A DNA stretch of 19,118 nucleotides, taken from assembly GCA_050248855.1 (NCBI GenBank), contig JBFWRP010000046.1, positions 1-19,118 of the forward strand, read 5' to 3'. The stretch comes from Planctomycetota bacterium. Lineage in GTDB: Bacteria; Planctomycetota; PLA2; JAEUHO01. The notes beneath the pieces were generated by a model. It was not told the origin of the DNA, did not search any database, and saw nothing but the letters and a program-made list of their open reading frames with translations. This document shows, one piece after another, positions 7,131-13,968 of this stretch (within the stretch, counting starts at the first letter, position 1; each line of letters begins with the position of its first letter). Both the position numbers and the translations under genes were made by a program.

Positions 7131-9815
7131 ATGCGAGCACGATGGATGGCCCTGGCCGGGATGGTCGTCTTGGCCTTGGGTCTGCTGGTCCAGTTCTTCT
7201 GGAATGGAGCCCGGGATGGTGCGGTTCCGGCACCGCCGCCGGACAACACCGGCTTGGCGCGAACCGGGAGCGATGGGCGCCCTCCCGGTCTCGTCTCGGC
7301 GCCAACGCACGCCGATCCGGCCGTTGGCGACCCTCCACGCCTCCCGCCGCCGGTCGACCTGGACTCCGTGGACCCGGCGCATGATGTCCACGGTGTGGTC
7401 GTGGATCGGGACGGCACGCCGATCGCGGGCGCCTCGGTCCGCATCCGCGAGCGCGTCGGGTCACGCGCTCTTGTCCGCGTGGACCCGGAGGAGAGCCCAC
7501 CGGACGTGGCGGCGACAACGACTGCGTCCGACGGCACCTTCGCCATTCGGCTCGAGGCCGGTCGCAGCGTGGAGATCGAAGCCGCCAAGGACGGCTTCGC
7601 GCCGCGCATCCTCGAGGGCGTGAGCCCCGGGGCACGCTTGCGCTTGGTGCTCGGGCGCGGTGTCGAAGTCTCGGTCAGGGTCTTCTCTCCGGCGGGACGA
7701 CCTGCGCCTGACGTCAGCGTCGCGCTCCTGGCACTGGACATGCGCTTCGGCTCCCTGGCGGGCGAGCTCGAGGGAGTGACCGATGCGTCCGGACAGATCC
7801 TGTTCGAGGGAGTGCCCGCGGGACTCGCCGCACATCTCCGCGCAACAGCGCGCGACCCGAGCTGGGGAAGCCCCCCACCTTCCCGCGTCTCGCTTCCTGA
7901 CGAGGGACGCGTCGAGGCCGACATCCACCTCCTGCCCGCGCTCACCCTCACGGGCGTCGTCGTGCGCGCGGACTCCGGGGAAGCGATCGCGGGTGCACGC
8001 ATCGGGCATGGACTACGCCTGATGGGCGCCGTCGTCAGTGACGAGCAGGGCGCGTTCGAGCTGGGGGGCTGGACTCGACAGGGTTCGGCGCAGGTGCACG
8101 TCGTCGCCCCGGGCTTTGCCCGCGAGATCGTCGTCGTTGGCGCCGAGACGGATCTGCGCATCGCGATGCGCCGCGGCTCTGCAATCCGGGGTCGCATCGT
8201 GGATGCGGACGGTGGCGGGTTGCGCGGCGCCGAGCTGATGGCCGTCGCCAGCAAGCACGTCGGCCACCAGCAGCACCTGTCCGTGGGCCGCGCGCTGGGT
8301 CGGGACGACGGGACCTTCCAGGTCGATGACCTGGACCCCGAGCAGCCCCACCGTCTGCACGTACGCGTGCTGGGGTACGCCACGGCCCTCGTCGACTCCG
8401 ACCCGACGCCCGCCGGTGAGGTCCGGGATCTGGGCGACATCGTGCTCTCGTCACCGGAGGTCCTCGAAGGCCATGTGCTGACGGAGGACGACCAGCCCGT
8501 GGTGGGAGCAGCTGTCCGCGTGGAGTCCTCCACCGCGGGTCTCTCCGTACGGCGTGCCGATGGCCAACCGATCGCCCTGCCGTACACGGGGGAGCGCCGG
8601 CTCTGGACGGATGCGACGGGTCGCTTCCGCGTGGACGACCTGGCGCCGGGCGAGTGGACGGTGAGCCTGCAGGTGCTGGGCTCCCCACGGCAGGCGCACA
8701 CCGTGCGGGTGCCACCGCGTGGTGGCAGCGAGCCGCTGGTGCTGCGCGTGTCGACGGCGGAGACGAGGGTCGTGGACGTGACCGTCGTGGACGAGACCGG
8801 TCGGCCCGTGACCGGAGCGAGGGTTCACGCGGTGGGCGTCGCCCGTCTGGTCTGGACCGATGCGAGCGGACGGGCGCGCGTGGAGGTCCCTGCGCAAGGC
8901 GTCGTCAGGCTCGAGGCCCTCACGGGGGAAGACGAGATCGCACTGCGGCAGGGAGGGTCGACGACGCTCCGGCAGGATGCCGAGAGCGCACGGATCCAGC
9001 TGCGGCGGCCGCTGCTCGTGCAGGGCACGCTGCGCGACGAGGCGGGACGAGCGATTCGCGAAGCCGGGGTGAGTGCATCGCGAGATGGCGCGAACCTGGG
9101 AGGTGACCTGACGGACGCACGTGGCGAGTTCCACATCGCCGTCGAGACCGCGGACGAAGTCGAGGTCCGCTGGGGAGGGAGCTACGGCATCGGCGTGCAT
9201 CGCGCCGCCGACGAGCCGATCCTGCAGCCGGTGTCGGGCCTCGCACGGCCGGGTGTCCCCATCGAGCTGGTGACGAGGCCGGTCGACATGAACGGCTCCT
9301 TGCTGCTCACCGTCGTCGACGGTGAGGGGCGGCCCTTGGACGCCCACGTGTTGCTGCATGGCCCGCAGGAGTGGGCACGTCGTGAGCATGTCCCTGGAGG
9401 TGGCACGACGCGCCTCGAGGGGCTGCCGGAGACCGAGCTGGACCTCACGGTGGTCGCCGTCGCCCCCCTCGCGCAGCCCTGGCTCGCCCCGCGGCGCACG
9501 AAGGTCACGCCCGAAGGGCAGTCCGTGCAGCTCACCTTCCGGCGCGGCGCGTGGCTGGAGGTGGACGTGGTGACGCCCGATGGGCGACCCGCGGCCCGGC
9601 GGCGATGCCATCTGCAGGTGACGCTGCCCGGCGAGACGCACTCGGCGTGGAACGAGGCCCAGGTCACCGACGATCAAGGACGTATCCGCGTGATCGTGGA
9701 TCCGAGCTGGGGCGAGGCCCTACGCCTGTACGTCTACGGCCGTCACCCGAACCAAGCGCCCACGATGCGCATCGTGGATGCCGCCGCGGGGCACACGACG
9801 ATCACGCTCGAGTAG
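7131..9815 (+). CDS. Membrane-anchored carboxypeptidase regulatory-like repeat protein, paralog 2
   Basis: AAGGGGA before ATG 7131. Collinear with paralog 1 (PPPVD..DP..D..G.VVD..G.PIAGA.V; GTLRDEAG; PW L.P....PE/DGQSV.L.FR.G.WL.V). Start could be 7113-7146. Confidence 0.85.
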   Translation: MRARWMALAGMVVLALGLLVQFFWNGARDGAVPAPPPDNTGLARTGSDGRPPGLVSAPTHADPAVGDPPRLPPPVDLDSVDPAHDVHGVVVDRDGTPIAGASVRIRERVGSRALVRVDPEESPPDVAATTTASDGTFAIRLEAGRSVEIEAAKDGFAPRILEGVSPGARLRLVLGRGVEVSVRVFSPAGRPAPDVSVALLALDMRFGSLAGELEGVTDASGQILFEGVPAGLAAHLRATARDPSWGSPPPSRVSLPDEGRVEADIHLLPALTLTGVVVRADSGEAIAGARIGHGLRLMGAVVSDEQGAFELGGWTRQGSAQVHVVAPGFAREIVVVGAETDLRIAMRRGSAIRGRIVDADGGGLRGAELMAVASKHVGHQQHLSVGRALGRDDGTFQVDDLDPEQPHRLHVRVLGYATALVDSDPTPAGEVRDLGDIVLSSPEVLEGHVLTEDDQPVVGAAVRVESSTAGLSVRRADGQPIALPYTGERRLWTDATGRFRVDDLAPGEWTVSLQVLGSPRQAHTVRVPPRGGSEPLVLRVSTAETRVVDVTVVDETGRPVTGARVHAVGVARLVWTDASGRARVEVPAQGVVRLEALTGEDEIALRQGGSTTLRQDAESARIQLRRPLLVQGTLRDEAGRAIREAGVSASRDGANLGGDLTDARGEFHIAVETADEVEVRWGGSYGIGVHRAADEPILQPVSGLARPGVPIELVTRPVDMNGSLLLTVVDGEGRPLDAHVLLHGPQEWARREHVPGGGTTRLEGLPETELDLTVVAVAPLAQPWLAPRRTKVTPEGQSVQLTFRRGAWLEVDVVTPDGRPAARRRCHLQVTLPGETHSAWNEAQVTDDQGRIRVIVDPSWGEALRLYVYGRHPNQAPTMRIVDAAAGHTTITLE

Positions 9816-9881
9816 CGACGGGGCGCTGCCGCGGGCACGGGATCTCATCCCGGGTGAACACCGCACTGCGGTGTCACCTCG

Positions 9882-9992
9882 TCATGCCGGCGGCAAAGCC
9901 CGTACGGAGGCGGGGATTTCTTCCGCAACTTGCCGCCCTGCCCTTCGGCATGCGGAGGTACCCATCGGCAAGTTGCGGAAGAATTCCCCGCC
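9882..9992. repeat. Inverted-repeat element (27-bp arms, 30-bp spacer), copy 1
   Basis: Arms 9909-9935 and 9966-9992 differ by one mismatch. Left flank TCATGCCG.CGGCAAAGCCCGTACGGA is shared with the copy at 19017-19118. Lies between convergent genes. Confidence 0.9.
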
Positions 9993-10031
9993 ACCATGCC
10001 GTGCCACAGGTCGAGGCATTCCCGTGCGAGA

Positions 10032-11327
10032 TCAGGCCTTGAAGAGGCCCAGCTTGGTCTCGGCGGGCGACCAGTTCTTGAAGAGGTTCTGGCCCGCGGC
10101 AAGACCCATGTGGTCGTGGAGCAGCTCGTCGAAGACCTGGCGCCAGTCGGTGGTGACCAGGAGGTCGCGATCCTGGTACGTGGCGCCGGCAGAGAGACCG
10201 GTCCAGTCGCCGTAGACCTTGCCACCGTTGACGCGGCCGCCCATGACCCACATGGCGCTGCCGTGGCCGTGGTCGGTGCCGAAGTTGCCGTTCTCGCGGT
10301 TGGTCCGGCCGAACTCGGTCATGATGATCGTCGTGACGTAACGACGCAGCGGGTGGATGTCTTCGTAGAAGGTCGCCAGCGCGTCGCCCACGGTGGCGTT
10401 CATGCGACGGATGAGATCTCCCTCGGCGCCGCCGCCCTCCTGGATGTGGTGGTCCCAACCGTTCCAGTCCAGCCCGATGACCTCGACGCCCTGACCGCTC
10501 TTCAGGATGCGCGCGGCCATCTTCAGCTGCACGCCGAGGTAGCCGAGCGAGGCCGGGTAGACGGCCTCCTGGCCAGCCGGCTTGTTCTGGAGGATGTCCT
10601 CCAGCTTGCGCAGCGTCTCGATGGTGGCGCGCCCGTTTTGCGTGAGGTCGTCCTCGTCGGGGCGCTCGGCGGTCATGCCGGGGCGCTCCATGCTGGGCGG
10701 CTGCTTGTAGAGGTCGTCGAACAGCTCGAGGACGTCCTCGCCCTGACCGCGCATGGTGCGGCGCGGGTCGACGGCGAGTACCGGGTAGGAGCCGCGAAGC
10801 GAGCGCGGCAGGCGACCCTGGAGCGCGACCGCGCGGAACTCGCTGCCGGGCGCCACGCCTTCCGGCGACGTCGTCGACAGGTAGCGGTTCAGCCAGCCGT
10901 CGCGCACGGACATGTCACCGAGCGCGCCGTACTCCATGTAGTCCTGGCAGGCGAAGTGGCTGCGCGAGGGATGACCGAGCCCCGCGTTGCAGATCGGCGC
11001 CAGCATCCCTTCGTCCCACAGCTTCTTGAAGCCCGTGAGGCCCGGGTTGAGGCCGAACGTGCCGTCCAGGTCCAGCGCGCCGTTGGGCTGGTCGGGCGTG
11101 GGCACGGCGATGTTGGGCCGCATGTCGTAGTAGGTGCCGTCCGCGTGGGGCACCAGCGAGTTGAGCGCGTCCTGCCCACCGCGCAGGAACAGCACGATCA
11201 CGGCGGGACGCATGGCGATCTCGCGCTCGGGCGCGGCCAGGGCGTGGCGGGCCAGCGGCCCGCCCAGGGCGAGCCCGGCGGCACCGGCTGCGCTGGCGGC
11301 AAGGAACTCGCGGCGGTTGGACGTCAT
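10032..11327 (-). CDS. DUF1501 domain protein, Tat-exported
   Basis: GGAGA RBS and a twin-arginine signal (SNRREFL). Motifs LFLRGGQDALN.LVP..D..YY..RP.IA, SRSHF..Q, GWDHH, TEFGRT..EN...GTDHG.G, GG.V.GG...G and DL.VTTD.R. Confidence 0.92.
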   Translation of the reverse strand: MTSNRREFLAASAAGAAGLALGGPLARHALAAPEREIAMRPAVIVLFLRGGQDALNSLVPHADGTYYDMRPNIAVPTPDQPNGALDLDGTFGLNPGLTGFKKLWDEGMLAPICNAGLGHPSRSHFACQDYMEYGALGDMSVRDGWLNRYLSTTSPEGVAPGSEFRAVALQGRLPRSLRGSYPVLAVDPRRTMRGQGEDVLELFDDLYKQPPSMERPGMTAERPDEDDLTQNGRATIETLRKLEDILQNKPAGQEAVYPASLGYLGVQLKMAARILKSGQGVEVIGLDWNGWDHHIQEGGGAEGDLIRRMNATVGDALATFYEDIHPLRRYVTTIIMTEFGRTNRENGNFGTDHGHGSAMWVMGGRVNGGKVYGDWTGLSAGATYQDRDLLVTTDWRQVFDELLHDHMGLAAGQNLFKNWSPAETKLGLFKA

Positions 11328-11359
11328 CGGGGATCTCCGGGTGCGGGAGCTGCGCCAGG

Positions 11360-12985
11360 CTACTGGCGCTGGAACTCGGGGGAGCCGAGCACGAGGGTGG
11401 CAAGCCGCATGAGCTCGCCCTCCAGCTGCGCGGGCTTGAGGTTGCGGTAGGTGGAACGGAGCGTCTGGATGCGACGGCGGAAGGGCGCCATCGTGAGGGA
11501 GCCCGGACGCTCGCCGGCCAGCAAGCTGTCCACCAGCAGGTACTCCCAGATCTCGGGGTTCTGGGCGACGTGCTCCTTGAGGGGGCTCGCCTCCAGCGAC
11601 AACCCGCCGATGCGACCGTGCAAGAGGTCGTAGGCGAACTGCCAGCGCACGGCGAGCACGCCCGTGTCCATCCAGTCGATGGCCGCGTCGCTGTAGCCCG
11701 TCGGGTCTTCGCACTCGTAGACCGGATGGGCCATGTCCGCCAGGCGCGCCATGAGCGGCTGGGGATTCTGGATGTCGGCGCCCGTGACGCGCAGCGCACT
11801 GGCCACGAACTCGAAGGGCGTCTTGGCCTTGGTCATCCGCTGCTCGGGTGCCGAGAAGGCCTCATGCAGCAGGATGGCCTTGGTGACGGCCTTGAGGTCG
11901 CCCTTGGTCTTGGTCCAGACCTTGATCACGTCGGCCACGAGCTCGGCGGGCGGTTCGTCGCCGACGAGGTACTTGGCCATCTTCGTGACCACGAACTCGG
12001 CCGTGTTCTTGTGCCCGGCCAGGTACTTGAGGACGGCCTCGCCCTCCTCGATCTCCCCGTCCTTGACCGTCTTGCCCATGACCTTCTTGGGGCCCTTGGC
12101 GTGGTAGGCGTCACGGAACACGAAGGTGCCGCGTTGGTCCCCCGAGCCGATCGACCAGCCCGTGAGGACGAGCGCCAGCTGGATCACGTCCTTCTGCTCG
12201 TACCCGCGGTCGCAGCCCACGGTGTGGAGCTCCATCAGCTCGCGGGCGTAGTTCTCGTTGAGGCCGCCCGTGCGATCGGGGTCCTCGCGATTGCGCAGCA
12301 CCTTGTCGCCACGGGCCATGGGCGCCTGGGAAACGTGGTTGTCGAGGTAGAAGAGCATGGCCGGGTGCTTGGCCGTGGCCAGGAGGAAGTCCTCGAAGCT
12401 GCCGAAGACGTGCTTGCCGAGCACGTCGCGCTCCCAGTCGGCCACGTAGTAGCGGACATCGTCCTTGTCCACGTCCACGTTGAAGTGGTCGCGCCAGAAC
12501 GCACGCATCACCTCGAACAGCTGCCGGTTGCTGTAGACGGCGCGCACGAGGACGCTGGCCGGCACCTCTTGACGCGCCAGGTTGCGCAGGCGATTGAGCC
12601 GGGCCTGCTGCTCGCGGGCGCGGGCGATGCGGTCTTCGCCCGGCTTGGGCGGGCCCGCGGGCCCCTCCATCTCGCCGCCCTGGAGCATGGCCCAGTACTC
12701 GGGGCCCGTGAGGGCCAGGCTCTCGAACGCCTCGAGCCGCTTCTCCACGTCGGGATCGGGGATCGTGGCGTAGTCCAGCTGCCGGTCGATCCAGGCTTCG
12801 ACCCCCATGTCCAGGGCCGCTTCCACGTCGCCGGGGCGCACACCGAACGTGGCCCGCCGCAGCAGATGGCGGGCGCGAGACGTGGCGGCGTCGTCCCCGG
12901 TCACGTCCTCGGCGCCAACCGGGGCAAACGTCCCAAGCAGCAGCGCGACGAGGGCCAAGGGTAGAAGGCGGGCGGTGGCGCGCAT
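11360..12985 (-). CDS. DUF1800 domain protein (secreted)
   Basis: Signal peptide. Motifs HLLRRATFG, S..QL.E.M..FW..HFNV, HPAML.YLDN, NENYARELMELHTVG, K.KTP.E, PTGY and L.SPEFQ. Canonical upstream partner of DUF1501. Confidence 0.93.
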   Translation of the reverse strand: MRATARLLPLALVALLLGTFAPVGAEDVTGDDAATSRARHLLRRATFGVRPGDVEAALDMGVEAWIDRQLDYATIPDPDVEKRLEAFESLALTGPEYWAMLQGGEMEGPAGPPKPGEDRIARAREQQARLNRLRNLARQEVPASVLVRAVYSNRQLFEVMRAFWRDHFNVDVDKDDVRYYVADWERDVLGKHVFGSFEDFLLATAKHPAMLFYLDNHVSQAPMARGDKVLRNREDPDRTGGLNENYARELMELHTVGCDRGYEQKDVIQLALVLTGWSIGSGDQRGTFVFRDAYHAKGPKKVMGKTVKDGEIEEGEAVLKYLAGHKNTAEFVVTKMAKYLVGDEPPAELVADVIKVWTKTKGDLKAVTKAILLHEAFSAPEQRMTKAKTPFEFVASALRVTGADIQNPQPLMARLADMAHPVYECEDPTGYSDAAIDWMDTGVLAVRWQFAYDLLHGRIGGLSLEASPLKEHVAQNPEIWEYLLVDSLLAGERPGSLTMAPFRRRIQTLRSTYRNLKPAQLEGELMRLATLVLGSPEFQRQ

Positions 12986-13324
12986 CGAAGCCTCCGATCA
13001 CTCGTCAGGGCGGGTGGAGTATAGTGCGTCGCCCTTCGCACGTCCGCAGCGTCGAGTGGAAACGGGGCGTCCACCTGGGCAGCCCCGCCCGACGTGCGTG
13101 CGCCGGAACCCCGCACGGCGGCCCACCCGCACGCCTGCCCATCCGGGCGGGGTGGGCCGGCCCGCCACCGCGCTCCCCACGGACTTGCCCGGGGTGCCAT
13201 CCGGGCACGGCGTGCGAAACCGGTGTGTCCCTTTCTGGCGATAATCCGTCCTGAACTGGGGACGGTCCCCGGGGGCACCCCGCCCCAAGCCCGCACATCA
13301 GGCCTCGACGAGATTCCTGAACAT

Positions 13325-13340
13325 TGGCACGACCTTCGCT
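13325..13340 (+). promoter_or_regulatory. Putative sigma54 (-24/-12) promoter
   Basis: TGGCACG-ACCT-TCGCT: GG and GC are separated by exactly 10 nt, one mismatch to the TGGCACG-N4-TTGCW consensus. Predicted TSS ~13351. Confidence 0.65.
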
Positions 13341-13350
13341 TTCCGGTCCC

Positions 13351-13834
13351 GCGTCCTCGAGGCCAGCGGCCGCGGGGATTGACAGATCAGGTCGAGGGAC
13401 GGCGAGCCCGCCCGGTTGCTTCTCTGGCGACCGGTGCTCCTCGCGGCCTTCGGCAGTCGCTCTTTTCCACAGCTTCGAGACCGCGTCGGGTGCGCCTGCT
13501 GGCGCCACCCTCCCTGCCTTCCCTCCCTCCCTCCCCCTCCCTAGGGCGCCCTTCGCACCGACGTGGGTCTCATCTGCCCGCGCCCCCCGCTTCGGCGGGG
13601 GGCGCGGGAAACCCTCCCGGGTCGCAAGACCTGGAGCTGTGGGCCATCACGATCGATCGGCCGGGCGGACTCTCGGCAGGCGGGCACTCCCTCCCTCCCT
13701 GCTCCCTCCCCTCCCTCCCTCCCATCCCGTCGCCGCCGCCCGGCCGAATCATCTTCTCCCTCCTGCTTCCTCCCTCTCTCTCCCTCCCATACGGGCCCGC
13801 TCGCGACGGTGCGATGCGGGCCCGCTCCCTTTTT
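13351..13834 (+). ncRNA. Candidate large structured ncRNA / leader with three CU-rich modules
   Basis: Nested helices with G-U pairs, a C(UUCG)G hairpin, a GCAA tetraloop and a long-range closing helix. Two stems present CCCU-repeat loops. Terminator-like 3' end. No credible ORF. Confidence 0.65.
13792..13834 (+). terminator. Putative intrinsic terminator
   Basis: CGGGCCCGC/GCGGGCCCG 9-bp stem plus inner TCGC/GCGA, followed by CTCCC-TTTTT (U-tract offset by 5 nt). Confidence 0.5.
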
Positions 13835-13968
13835 GGTCCGAGCTTGCCTGCGCCTGGCCCAGGCAACCGTCCGAGGAGCGACCCGCGATCGTGACCCCCC
13901 TTGCGCGGCGAGGGCTACCATTCGCCACCGGCCCGCGGTCGCCCGCGGGTCCGCCCCGAGGAGAGTCC

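Noticed and set aside
9890..9915. c-di-GMP-I riboswitch resemblance (GGCAAAGCC)
   Set aside because: Lacks the GNRA/receptor two-stem architecture and is part of a dispersed repeat between convergent genes.
11328..11714. N-terminal extension of the DUF1501 ORF
   Set aside because: Overlaps DUF1800. The RBS and Tat signal start at 11327.
13379..13407. TTGACA sigma70 -35 element
   Set aside because: No -10-like hexamer at 16-18 nt spacing.
13560..13640. Hammerhead ribozyme in the structured RNA
   Set aside because: GAAAC is present but there is no CUGANGA core.
13324..13968. 215-aa N-terminal extension of PepM and overlapping ORFs 13094-13894 and 13563-14324
   Set aside because: Low-complexity Pro/Ser/Leu sequence from the CT tracts. 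A clear RBS and PepM homology begin at 13969.
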